Positions 31,504 through 40,848 are shown, counted from the stretch's first letter. The stretch is 64,000 nt of DNA from Albidovulum sp. (GCA_020637635.1 JACKKB010000002.1:465590-529589); one strand, 5' to 3'. The notes: generated by a model not told the origin, from the letters alone. Made by a program: numbers and translations.

Positions 31504-32841
31504 TCATCCGCGCACGTTCATATGTTCCGGCAGCCAGAGAGCGAGCTGTGGGAAGAGCATCAGAAGCGCGATGGTAAGCGCCATCATCAGCACGAAGGGC
31601 CAGATCGACCTGTAGATGTCGAGCAGCCGGATTTCCTTCGGCGCGAGCGAGCGCATCAGGAAAAGGTTGTAGCCGAAGGGCGGCGTTATGTAGGCGATCT
31701 GGCAGGTGATGGTGTAGAGCACGCCGAACCAGATGAGCTGGTTGTCGAAGCCGAGATCGAGCGCCTTCACGAGCGGCACGTAAAGCGGTGCGACGATCAC
31801 CAGCATCGCGGTGTCGTCGAGGAAGGTGCCCATGACGATGAAGCTCAGTTGCATCATGATGATGACCGTCCAGGGCGAAAGATGCCACTGGCCGATGAAG
31901 AGGTTCTCGATCGCACGCACCGCGCCGAGGCCGTCGAAGACCGCCCCGAAGGCGAGTGCGGCGAGGATCAGCCAGAGGAACATGCAGGAGATCGAGAGCG
32001 TCTTCATCGAGGTGTCGCGGATGAGCCGCCAGCTGAAGTGGCCCTTCACGACGGCGGCCGCCGTGGCACAGAAGGCGCCCACGGCCGAACTTTCGACGAG
32101 GCTCGTGTAACCCATCACGAAGAGCCCGGTCATGAGGAAGAAGATCGCGAAGGGAATGATGCCGGCACGGACGAGCGCGATCTTTTCGCCGAGCGGCATG
32201 TTCAGGTCCTCGTCTTCGACGACCGGCGCCAGCGCCGGGTTCAGCCTGGCACGAACGACGACGTAGATGATGAAGAAGGCCGCCATGATGAGACCGGGCA
32301 CGAGGCCCGCGAACCAGAGCTTGGAGACCGGCTGGCGGGCAATCATGCCGTAGAGCACGAGCACGACCGACGGCGGGATCAGAATGCCGAGAGAGGATCC
32401 GCCCTGCACCACACCGGAAATCAGCACCTTGTCGTAACCGCGCCGCAACATCTCGGGCAGGGCGATCGTGGCGCCGATCGCCATGCCGGCGACCGAAAGC
32501 CCGTTCATCGCCGAGATGATGACCATCAGCAGGATGGTGCCGACCGCGAGACCGCCGTTCAGCCGCCCGAACCAGACATGCAGCATCCTGTAGAGGTCTT
32601 CGGCGATACCGGATTCCGACAGGATGTAGCCCATGTAGATGAACATCGGCAGGGTCAGCATCGGGAACCAGTTGAAGAGCTTGAACACCTGGTTGAACGG
32701 CAGTTCGACCCCGCCCTGTCCGTAGAGCAGGATCGCCGCGCCCGAGGCGACGAAGCCGATGGCGGCGAAGACACGCTGCCCGGTGGCCAGAAGCACCAGC
32801 ATCGAGCCGAACATGAAGAGCGCGATCATCTCGTAGCTCAT
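31504..32841 (-). CDS. dctM: TRAP transporter large permease
   Basis: Segments LPEMLRRGYD, GSSLGILIPPSVVLVLYG and ITPPFGYNLF. Confidence 0.95.
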   Translation of the reverse strand: MSYEMIALFMFGSMLVLLATGQRVFAAIGFVASGAAILLYGQGGVELPFNQVFKLFNWFPMLTLPMFIYMGYILSESGIAEDLYRMLHVWFGRLNGGLAVGTILLMVIISAMNGLSVAGMAIGATIALPEMLRRGYDKVLISGVVQGGSSLGILIPPSVVLVLYGMIARQPVSKLWFAGLVPGLIMAAFFIIYVVVRARLNPALAPVVEDEDLNMPLGEKIALVRAGIIPFAIFFLMTGLFVMGYTSLVESSAVGAFCATAAAVVKGHFSWRLIRDTSMKTLSISCMFLWLILAALAFGAVFDGLGAVRAIENLFIGQWHLSPWTVIIMMQLSFIVMGTFLDDTAMLVIVAPLYVPLVKALDLGFDNQLIWFGVLYTITCQIAYITPPFGYNLFLMRSLAPKEIRLLDIYRSIWPFVLMMALTIALLMLFPQLALWLPEHMNVRG

Positions 32842-33350
32842 GCGATCTCCTCGCCGCGCAGGGTCGCGATGTGCTTGATGACAAGCGAGAGGGCTTGCAG
32901 GAGCATCAGCCCCAGGGCAGCGACCATGAGCGACTTGATCGGGATCACCGAGGGGTTCCAGATCGAGAACCGCCGTTCGTCGGTGGCGATGGCGTAGTTC
33001 AGGCTCGAGACGGCGCCGATCATCATGGCCACGAGGTAGAAGATCAGGCAGGCACTGGTGACGAGGTCGATCCAGGCCCGCGTCCGAGGCGACCGGTCGC
33101 TGTAGAAGAGATCCATGCGCACGTGATCGTCGTTCTTCAGCGTGATGGGCCCGCCGAGGAAGTAGTAGGCGGCGAGCGTGAACTGGGTGAGCTCGATCGC
33201 CCAGTGCACCGGCATGTTGATGGCGTTGCGCGTGAAGGCATCGAATATGAGCGTGCCTGCCATCAAGAAGATGAGCGAGGCCGCGACATAGCCGACATAG
33301 TCCGAAATGCGGTCAACGAGCCGCACATAGGCAATCAGCGCCCGTGGCAT
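32838..33350 (-). CDS. dctQ: TRAP transporter small permease
   Basis: Four TM segments and HVRMDLFY; start at ATG 33350. Confidence 0.92.
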   Translation of the reverse strand: MPRALIAYVRLVDRISDYVGYVAASLIFLMAGTLIFDAFTRNAINMPVHWAIELTQFTLAAYYFLGGPITLKNDDHVRMDLFYSDRSPRTRAWIDLVTSACLIFYLVAMMIGAVSSLNYAIATDERRFSIWNPSVIPIKSLMVAALGLMLLQALSLVIKHIATLRGEEIA

Positions 33351-33511
33351 GGATCCGCCCCCGTTCCGCGTCTGTCGCGCCGCCCGTCCATTCCGCCCCC
33401 CAGTCGAACCGATCCCCGCGAGGGGCCATCCCCGGACCCTGCACGACGCCCCCGGGCGCGCAGGTCCCGGATGCAAGCTTGGTCAATGCCCGGCACAAAA
33501 TCAACGGAAAA

Positions 33512-33525
33512 TGACCACTCGGTCA
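33512..33525. promoter_or_regulatory. Palindromic operator TGACC-N4-GGTCA (copy 1)
   Basis: Sequence TGACCACTCGGTCA in the divergent TRAP/oxidoreductase promoter region. Confidence 0.6.
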
Positions 33526-33626
33526 ACTCTGGTGCTGTTTGCCCCGACATTCAGCCACTTAAGCGCAAACCGGAGGCGAAGTGATCGCTGCGGGGTTCAG
33601 GATTTCGCCCGATTTGCGCATATGTT

Positions 33627-33640
33627 TGACCGAACGGTCA
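33627..33640. promoter_or_regulatory. Palindromic operator TGACC-N4-GGTCA (copy 2)
   Basis: Sequence TGACCGAACGGTCA, 43 bp upstream of the oxidoreductase start codon. Confidence 0.6.
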
Positions 33641-33682
33641 TCCGATGCCTAAAATCGGTCAGCAAGCCTGTGGGATTCGCCG

Positions 33683-35128
33683 ATGCCGATCGACCCCTCG
33701 CCAAGACCAGAGGACGGCCATTTCGACATTGCCGTGATCGGCGCCGGAGTCGTTGGCTGTGCGGTCGCGCGCGCCTTTGCCCGCGAAGGGGCGCGCGTCG
33801 CGGTGATCGAGCGCGGTCCCGACATCCTCTCGGGCGCCTCGCGCGCCAACAGTGCGATCCTGCACACCGGTTTCGATGCGCCCGCGGACAGCCTCGAACT
33901 TGAGCTCGTCAAGGAGGGACGCGCCGAATACCTCGCCATCCGTGACGGGCTGAACCTGCCGCTGGTCGAGACGGGCGCGCTGGTCTGCGCCTGGTCCGTG
34001 GCCGAGGCGGCGCGGCTCGAGGACATCGCGGCTGCCGCGCATGCAAACGGCATCGACGACGTGCGGCTCCTTGCCGCCGAGGAGGTGCGCAGGCGCCTGC
34101 CCGGGCTCGGCCCCGGGCTTTGCGGCGCGGTCGAGGTGCCGGGCGAAAATGTCATCGACCCCTGGTCGGCACCGCTCGGATATCTGGGCGAGGCGATCGG
34201 GCTCGGGGCGCGGCTCTTTCGCGACTGCGAGGTGATCGCCGGCGAATTCGGCGCCGGGCCAGGCGGCTTCTGGGAGCTTCGGACCTCGCGCGGACGGCTC
34301 CACGCGGCGGCGGTGGTGAACGCCGCGGGCCTTTACGGCGACAGGGTCGACGCCTGCCTCGGACTTCCGTGCAGCTTCACCATCCGTCCGCGCAAGGGCC
34401 AGTTCGTCGTGCTCGACAAGGCGGCGCGGCGGCATGTGCCGACGATCCTCCTGCCGGTGCCGACCGAGATCACCAAGGGCGTGGTCGTCTGCCCGACCGC
34501 TTTCGGCAACGTGCTGGTCGGGCCGACCGCTGAGGAGCAGGAGGACCGGACCCGGGCGAGCGTCGAGCGCACCATCCTGCAGGGGCTGCTCGACCATGCA
34601 GCGCGGATCGTGCCGGCACTGGCAGAGATGCCGGTGACGGCCGTCTACGCCGGCCTGCGCCCGGCGACCGAGGCCAAGCAGTATCGCGTGGCCTGCCACG
34701 CCGGGCAGGGTGCCATCACACTCGGCGGCATCCGCTCCACCGGTCTCAGCGCCGCGCTCGGGCTCGCGCGCCATGCGGTGCGGCTTCATGCGCGCTTCGG
34801 CGGCGGTTTCGTGGCCCCGGCCGCGGTGGCGCCGCCCCGCATGCCCAATCTCTGCGAGGACCGGCCGCGGCCCTGGCAGGGAGCACATCACGGCGGCATC
34901 GTCTGTCACTGCGAACTTGTGACGCGCGGCGAGATCGAGGCGGCGCTCGCCGGCCCGGTTCCGCCGGGCGATTTCGCCGGACTGCGCCGCCGCACGCGGG
35001 CGGGCATGGGACGCTGCCAGGGATTTCACTGCAACGCCACGCTGGCCGCGATGACGCGCGGTCGCTTTGCGACCCCCCTCGCCGTCGGCCCCACTGACGC
35101 CGAGACAATCGCGGAAGACGCGCCATGA
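33683..35128 (+). CDS. FAD-dependent oxidoreductase (DAO/LhgO/GlpA-like) with C-terminal BFD-like [2Fe-2S] domain
   Basis: Motifs GAGVVG, GASRANSAILHTGFD, VVNAAGLYGD and GGIRSTGLSA; Fe-S motif VCHCE...MGRCQGFHC. Confidence 0.88.
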   Translation: MPIDPSPRPEDGHFDIAVIGAGVVGCAVARAFAREGARVAVIERGPDILSGASRANSAILHTGFDAPADSLELELVKEGRAEYLAIRDGLNLPLVETGALVCAWSVAEAARLEDIAAAAHANGIDDVRLLAAEEVRRRLPGLGPGLCGAVEVPGENVIDPWSAPLGYLGEAIGLGARLFRDCEVIAGEFGAGPGGFWELRTSRGRLHAAAVVNAAGLYGDRVDACLGLPCSFTIRPRKGQFVVLDKAARRHVPTILLPVPTEITKGVVVCPTAFGNVLVGPTAEEQEDRTRASVERTILQGLLDHAARIVPALAEMPVTAVYAGLRPATEAKQYRVACHAGQGAITLGGIRSTGLSAALGLARHAVRLHARFGGGFVAPAAVAPPRMPNLCEDRPRPWQGAHHGGIVCHCELVTRGEIEAALAGPVPPGDFAGLRRRTRAGMGRCQGFHCNATLAAMTRGRFATPLAVGPTDAETIAEDAP

Positions 35129-36357
35129 GCGGGCGTGACGCCGATCTTCTCGTCATCGGAGGCGGCCCGGCGGGGGTCGGGGCGGCGATCGAGGCGCGGC
35201 GGCGCGGGCTCGGCCGCGTCGTGATCCTTGAGCGCGAGGAGACGCTCGGCGGAGCAACGCGCCATTGCGCCCATTCGCCCTTCGGGATGCGCGAATTCGG
35301 TCGCCCCTATTTCGGCGGTGCCTACGGCCGGCGCCTTGCCGCCGCGGCGGCCGCGGCGGGGGTGGAACTGCGGACCGGCACCACCGTCACCGGGCTTGGC
35401 ACCGAGGGGGCGGTCGAGATTGCCTCGGAGGCCGGGACCGGCACGCTTTCGGCAGAGCGGGTGTTGCTTGCGACCGGGGCGCGCGAAAGTTCGCGTGCGG
35501 CACGGCTTCTGACCGGCGACCGGCCCGTCGGCATCCTGACGACCGGGGCGTTGCAGGCCTATCACGCCTTTCACGGGCTGCTGCCCTTCCGCCGCCCGGT
35601 GATCGTCGGCAGTGCGCTCGTGAGCCATTCGGCGCTTCTGACCTGCCTCACCAGCGGTGTTCGTCCGGTGGCGATGGTCGAGCCGGCCGCCGAACCGCTT
35701 GCGCGGTGGCCGATACCCCTCTTTCCAAGGCTGGCGCGCGTCCCGCTTCTTCCTGGAACCGAGATCGTGGACATCGTCGGCGCGGGGCGGGTGCGTGCCG
35801 TGCGCCTCGGAGATCGGAAGGGGCGCACCTGGATGCTCGATTGCGACGGCGTGCTTCTGACGGGTGAATTCGTGCCCGAGGCGGCCCTGCTGCTGACGTC
35901 CGGCCGGAGGCTCGCACCGGGCGGAACCGGTCCGCGCATCGACCAGTGGGGGCAGCTCGATGCACCCTGGCTCTTTGCCGCCGGGAACCTGCTCAGGCCG
36001 GTCGAGACCGGCGGCTGGGCCTATCGCGAAGGGCGCGCCGTGGGCGCGGCGCTGGCGGCCGACAGGGTCTCCCGCACTCTCCAGACCGCCGCGGTCGAGG
36101 TCACTTTCGAGGCACCCGTGAAGCTTGTCGTCCCCAACCTCATACGCCCCGGGGCGCCCCCCCCGGGCAGCGGCTTCGGGCAGTTCCAGCTGCGTTTTTC
36201 CCGACCGGTGCGCGGGCGCCTCGCACTCTTCGTCGACGGGCGGGAGAGCTGGTCACAGGCTGGCCACTGGCGGCCGGAACGCCGCATACTCGTGCCGATG
36301 CCCGCAGCGATCGATCGCGCCGGCGCCATCGGGTTCCGCTTTGAGGAAGCGACATGA
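35125..36357 (+). CDS. NAD(P)/FAD-dependent oxidoreductase (Pyr_redox_2), partner subunit
   Basis: Motifs GGGPAG, LGGATRHCAHSPFG, LATGARE and FAAGNLLRPVE. ATGA overlap with the upstream gene. Confidence 0.85.
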   Translation: MSGRDADLLVIGGGPAGVGAAIEARRRGLGRVVILEREETLGGATRHCAHSPFGMREFGRPYFGGAYGRRLAAAAAAAGVELRTGTTVTGLGTEGAVEIASEAGTGTLSAERVLLATGARESSRAARLLTGDRPVGILTTGALQAYHAFHGLLPFRRPVIVGSALVSHSALLTCLTSGVRPVAMVEPAAEPLARWPIPLFPRLARVPLLPGTEIVDIVGAGRVRAVRLGDRKGRTWMLDCDGVLLTGEFVPEAALLLTSGRRLAPGGTGPRIDQWGQLDAPWLFAAGNLLRPVETGGWAYREGRAVGAALAADRVSRTLQTAAVEVTFEAPVKLVVPNLIRPGAPPPGSGFGQFQLRFSRPVRGRLALFVDGRESWSQAGHWRPERRILVPMPAAIDRAGAIGFRFEEAT

Positions 36358-37748
36358 CACGTTTCGCCGCGATCGATCAGGGGACCACCTCGACCCGCTG
36401 CATCGTCTTCGACGACAGCGGTGCCTGGCATCTGGCGGGAAGCCTGCGCCATGCCCAGCGGCAGCCGGCCCCGCAATGGTGCGAACATGATCCCGAAGAG
36501 CTTCTGGCGAATATCCGCAAGGTGCTGGCCGGTGCCGGCACTGTCGACGGGATCGGCCTCGCCAACCAGGGTGAGAGCTGCCTCGCCTGGGAAGCCGGCA
36601 GCGGGCGGCCGCTTTCGCCGGTGATCGTGTGGCAGGATGCGCGGACCGGGGCCGCGCTTGCCGCGCTTCCGCCTGATGCCGCGGCGACTTCGCTGCGCAT
36701 CTCGGGACTGCCGCTGGACCCCTATTTCTCGGCCAGCAAGCTTGCCTGGCTCTGCCGCGAACTGCCCGGGGTGGCCGAGGCGCGCGGCCGCGGGCGGCTC
36801 AGGCTCGGCACCACCGACGCCTTCTTCCGGGAACGGCTCACCGGAGTGTGCGCGACCGATGCGGCGACCGCCTCGCGCACCGGCCTTCTCGATCTCGCCA
36901 CCGGCGACTGGAGTGCCGAGCTCTGCGCGCTCCATGGTGTTCCGATCGACGCTTTGCCGGAGATCGGTCCGGTGCGCGGGCCGCTCGGCCTGATCGGCGG
37001 AGTGCCGCTCGGGGTGTCGATCGTCGACCAGCAGGCCGCGCTCTACGGCCACGGCTGCCGGACCCCGGGGGCCTGCAAGATCACCTTCGGAACCGGCGCC
37101 TTCCTGCTCGTGACGGCCGGGGACGCACGGCCTGTCGCCGGAGATCTGCTGCCGACGGTGGCCTGGCGCGACGGCAAGGCGGTGACCTTCGCGCTCGAGG
37201 GCGGGGTCTACGATGCCGGTTCTGCCGTCGACTGGGCGCAACGGCTCGGGTTCTTTTCCGATCCGGCCGAACTTGGAACCTTCGAGCGCCCGAGCGCGCT
37301 CGAACGCGGCATCGTCTTCGTCCCCGCGCTCTCGGGGCTCGCGGCGCCGCATTGGGACAGGCGTGCGGCGCCCCTCTTCATTGGCATGGATCAGGCGACG
37401 GACCGGCGCGATCTCGCGCAGGCCGTGCTCGAGGGGATCGCCCTGCTCACCGCCGGGCTGATCGAGGCGGCCGGGTGCCAGGTTCAGATCGCGGGGCCCG
37501 TATCGATCGACGGCGGGTTGTCGCAGAGCAGCTATTTCGCGAGCTTTCTCGCCCGGGTCTCCGGCCGCGAGATCGCGGTCCCGGCTATGCACGAGCTGAC
37601 CGCGGCCGGGCTGGCCGGACTTGGCGGCATCGATCTCGCGCCTCTTCGCGCAGGGGTCGCGCGGTTCCTGCCGGACCGGCCGCTGACGCAAGCTGAGCGG
37701 ACGCACGCCGCCGGAGCGCTGGAGCGGGCGCGGCACTGGCGCCTCTGA
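36354..37748 (+). CDS. FGGY-family kinase, glycerol-kinase-like
   Basis: Motifs IDQGTTSTR, NQGE, VWQDART, DPYFSASK, DQQAALYG, FGTGAF and VPALSGLAAPHW. Confidence 0.9.
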   Translation: MTRFAAIDQGTTSTRCIVFDDSGAWHLAGSLRHAQRQPAPQWCEHDPEELLANIRKVLAGAGTVDGIGLANQGESCLAWEAGSGRPLSPVIVWQDARTGAALAALPPDAAATSLRISGLPLDPYFSASKLAWLCRELPGVAEARGRGRLRLGTTDAFFRERLTGVCATDAATASRTGLLDLATGDWSAELCALHGVPIDALPEIGPVRGPLGLIGGVPLGVSIVDQQAALYGHGCRTPGACKITFGTGAFLLVTAGDARPVAGDLLPTVAWRDGKAVTFALEGGVYDAGSAVDWAQRLGFFSDPAELGTFERPSALERGIVFVPALSGLAAPHWDRRAAPLFIGMDQATDRRDLAQAVLEGIALLTAGLIEAAGCQVQIAGPVSIDGGLSQSSYFASFLARVSGREIAVPAMHELTAAGLAGLGGIDLAPLRAGVARFLPDRPLTQAERTHAAGALERARHWRL

Positions 37749-38103
37749 CGCCCCTCGCCGATCGAACTGCGCAGCCTTTGCGGCCCGGGCCGCTTCCGCC
37801 ACGGCGGGCGACACCGTCCTGGTCGGTCGCGCGTGCGACGGCAGACGGCCGCCCTCGGGCCCTTTCCCGGCGTTCGCAGACCACGCCCCGACGGTGGCGA
37901 GGGCGGGTCTTCGGCCGCTGATGGCGTGGCCGGGCCGAAGGTCTTGGCTCCGAGGGTGCGGGCCCCTGCCCCGACGCTGCCTTGCACGCAGAAACTGGCG
38001 GCGTGATCACGAAGTTGCGCTAGAGTGACGATAGCGGCCCGTGGGCGATCCGGGGGCGGACCCGGGGGCGATCCCGGGGAAGGCTCGGTGAGGGAGGACA
38101 AAG

Positions 38104-39156
38104 ATGAGGGCACTCGTGCTCGAGCAGAGGGGCGTGCTGTCGTTGCGCGATGTTCCGGCCGTCGATGCCGCCGAGGCTTTGCTCGGACCGCGCGACGTTC
38201 GGGTGCAGCTCCATACCGTCGGCATCTGCGGCTCGGATGTGCATTACTACACCCACGGGAAAATCGGCCCCTTCGTGGTCCGCGAGCCGATGATCCTCGG
38301 GCATGAGGCCTCGGGCACCGTGATCGAGACAGGCGACGAGGTCACCTCGCTCGCCGTCGGCGACCGGGTCTGCATGGAGCCCGGCATTCCGGACCCGAAC
38401 AGCCGTGCGAGCCGGCTTGGCCTTTACAACATCGATCCCGCCGTCCGCTTCTGGGCGACTCCACCCGTTCACGGAATCCTGCGCCCGACCTGCGTGCATC
38501 CCGAAGCCTTCACCTACAAGCTGCCGGGCTCGGTGGGCTTCGCCGAGGCCGCGATGGTGGAACCGCTTGCCGTCGGCGTGCACGCGGTGACCAAGGCGCG
38601 GATCCCGCCGGGCAACATCGGCGTCGTCATGGGGGCGGGGCCGATCGGTCTCGTGACCGCTCTCGCCGCACTTGCGGCCGGTTGCGCGCGTGTCTTCGTG
38701 AGCGACCTCTCGGCGCCGAAGCTCGCGCTGGCCGAAAGCCTCAGCCCGTCGATCTCGGGCGTCGATGTCGGCAGGGAGGATCTCGCGGAACGCGTTCTCA
38801 AGGCGACTGAGGGCTGGGGCGCGGATGTCGTCTTCGAGGCCACCGGCTCGCCCGTCGCGGCCGCCCGGGTCTTCGAGCCCTTGGCGCCGGGCGGCTGCGT
38901 GGTGATGATCGGCGGGCAGGCCGAGCCGATCCGTTATGATGCCGGCGCCGCGATGGTGCGCGAGGCGCGGGTCGAGAACGTCTTTCGCTACGCCCATGTC
39001 TTCCCGCGCTGCGTGGCGATGCTGGCATCGGGCGCGATCGACGTGAGACCGCTCATCACCCGGACCTTTGCCTTCGAGGAGAGCGTGCTGGCCTTCGAGA
39101 CGGCTGCCGCCGCCCCGCCCGGCGAAGTGAAGATGCAGATCGCGCTGCCGCAGTAG
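38104..39156 (+). CDS. Zn-dependent NAD+ polyol dehydrogenase (xylitol/sorbitol dehydrogenase family)
   Basis: Motifs [34 protein letters not shown] and GAGPIG. The structural-Zn cysteines are absent. Confidence 0.9.
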   Translation: MRALVLEQRGVLSLRDVPAVDAAEALLGPRDVRVQLHTVGICGSDVHYYTHGKIGPFVVREPMILGHEASGTVIETGDEVTSLAVGDRVCMEPGIPDPNSRASRLGLYNIDPAVRFWATPPVHGILRPTCVHPEAFTYKLPGSVGFAEAAMVEPLAVGVHAVTKARIPPGNIGVVMGAGPIGLVTALAALAAGCARVFVSDLSAPKLALAESLSPSISGVDVGREDLAERVLKATEGWGADVVFEATGSPVAAARVFEPLAPGGCVVMIGGQAEPIRYDAGAAMVREARVENVFRYAHVFPRCVAMLASGAIDVRPLITRTFAFEESVLAFETAAAAPPGEVKMQIALPQ

Positions 39157-39216
39157 CCCTGGAGCCGCAACGGCCCTGGCGCCCCGGCACCTCTCCCGCC
39201 GCGTCGACGGGTGGCG

Positions 39217-39948
39217 TCACATGTAGCTGCGCACCAGCGCACCGGAGATCAGCGTCCAGCCATCGGCGACAACGAAGAAGGCGAGCTTGAAGGGCAGTGC
39301 GACGACGGCGGGCGGCACCATCATCATGCCCATCGACATCAGGATCGCCGAGACGACAAGGTCGATCACGAGAAACGGCAGGTAGACGAGGAACCCGATC
39401 TCGAAGGCACGACTGATCTCCGACAGCATGAACGAGGGCACCAGAAGCGAGAGCGAGACCGGCGTTCCTCCGGCAGGATCCACGGTCTCGCCGCGCACCG
39501 ATGCAAGCGAGCTCAGCGTCTCGGGATTCACGCGGTGCTCCATGAAGACGCGGAACGGGGCGATCGCGTTGTCGAAGGCGGTCGGCAGATCGATGGCACC
39601 CGCGACCAGAGGCGCGCCGCCCTCGGACCAGGCCTGAAGGAAGACGGGCTCCATCACGAACCAGGTCAGGAAGAGCGCAAGCGAGACGATGAGCGCGTTA
39701 GGGGGCGATTGCTGCAGACCGATGGCCTGGCGCAGGATCGACAGCACCGTGACCACGAAGGGAAAGCAGGTGACCATCACCGCGAGACCGGGCGCGATGC
39801 TGAGAAGCGTGACGAGCCCGATCAGGAGCATCGACTGGCCGGTGAGGCTGCCGCCGCCAAGCGACAGTCCGAAGTCCTGCGCCAGGGCTCCCGATGCGAT
39901 GAAGGTCAGCGCCGCCGCGAGGGCGAGACGGGAAATTGCGGCAGTCAC
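39217..39948 (-). CDS. fliP: Flagellar export gate protein FliP
   Basis: Segments LRQAIGLQQSPPN, PSFMLSEI, MGMMMVPP and PFKLAFFVVADGW. Confidence 0.96.
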   Translation of the reverse strand: MTAAISRLALAAALTFIASGALAQDFGLSLGGGSLTGQSMLLIGLVTLLSIAPGLAVMVTCFPFVVTVLSILRQAIGLQQSPPNALIVSLALFLTWFVMEPVFLQAWSEGGAPLVAGAIDLPTAFDNAIAPFRVFMEHRVNPETLSSLASVRGETVDPAGGTPVSLSLLVPSFMLSEISRAFEIGFLVYLPFLVIDLVVSAILMSMGMMMVPPAVVALPFKLAFFVVADGWTLISGALVRSYM

Positions 39949-40253
39949 CGCGCTCCCCCTTCGGGATCGGCGAGAACTTCGGTCAGGCGCACGCCGAGCT
40001 GTCCGTCCTGGCCATCCCCGAGCTCGATGAGCTCGCCGCGCGCTATCAGCCGGTCGCCGACATAGAGCTCGACCGGGTCGTCGATCTTCTTGTCGAGTGG
40101 CAGCACCGCGTCCTGCGACAGTTGCAAAAGTTCGGCCACGAGCGGCCTGGCGCGCCCGACGGAGACGATGACCTCGATCGGGACCTGGGTGAAGGGGTTC
40201 CTGCCGGCATCACCCGGTTCGCGGGCGGTCGGCGACATCTCAGCGGTGCTCAT
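39945..40253 (-). CDS. fliN: Flagellar motor switch protein FliN
   Basis: SpoA domain VPIEVIVSVG...LIARGEL. Confidence 0.9.
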   Translation of the reverse strand: MSTAEMSPTAREPGDAGRNPFTQVPIEVIVSVGRARPLVAELLQLSQDAVLPLDKKIDDPVELYVGDRLIARGELIELGDGQDGQLGVRLTEVLADPEGGAR

Positions 40254-40848
40254 TTGCCTGGGGCTCCTCGCGGTCGGTTGAGAAGAAGTTCGCGACGGCG
40301 GCGCCGATCGCCGCGATCATGCCGTCGAGATCGACGCGCAGTTCCTGCGGCCCGAAGCCAAGGTGGACCTGCCCTTCGCCAAGCGATGGCTCCTCGGAAA
40401 AGACGAACGGCACCGGCGCGTCGGCGATCAGGGTCTCTTCGAGGATCTTGCGGTTCGCCGGATGGGCGACTACGCGCACCGGGGTGTCTGCAAGCTCGGC
40501 CGCCACGGCCGCGAGCCGCTCGACGACGACGGCGCCGAGCGATTCCCTGGCAATCCGCGGCATGACCTTGGCGACCATCTCGGCCAACAACGGTTCCAGG
40601 GCCCCCAGGACATGGCCATGCGCCTCGTGGTAGGTGAAGGACAGGTCCTGCAGGTTGCGACCGAGATCCGAGCGCAGGCGCTTGACCTCGTCGGACTGGG
40701 CAGCGGCGGCATCATCCCAGCCCGCGGCATATCCGCTCTCATAGGCCGCGAGGCGGATCTCCTCGATCTCGGTCGTGCTGGTGTGGCTCGGCGCGCCCAC
40801 CGGGTTCGGGGCGTCGAAGACCTCCAGTCGAAACGGCACCGCGGTCAT
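40240..40848 (-). CDS. fliH: Flagellar assembly protein FliH-like
   Basis: AYESGYAAGWDDA GxxxG-type repeat; located between fliF and fliN. Confidence 0.8.
   Translation of the reverse strand: MTAVPFRLEVFDAPNPVGAPSHTSTTEIEEIRLAAYESGYAAGWDDAAAAQSDEVKRLRSDLGRNLQDLSFTYHEAHGHVLGALEPLLAEMVAKVMPRIARESLGAVVVERLAAVAAELADTPVRVVAHPANRKILEETLIADAPVPFVFSEEPSLGEGQVHLGFGPQELRVDLDGMIAAIGAAVANFFSTDREEPQANEHR

Noticed and set aside
30295-32997. 900-aa plus-strand ORF
   Set aside because: Antisense shadow of dctP and dctM.
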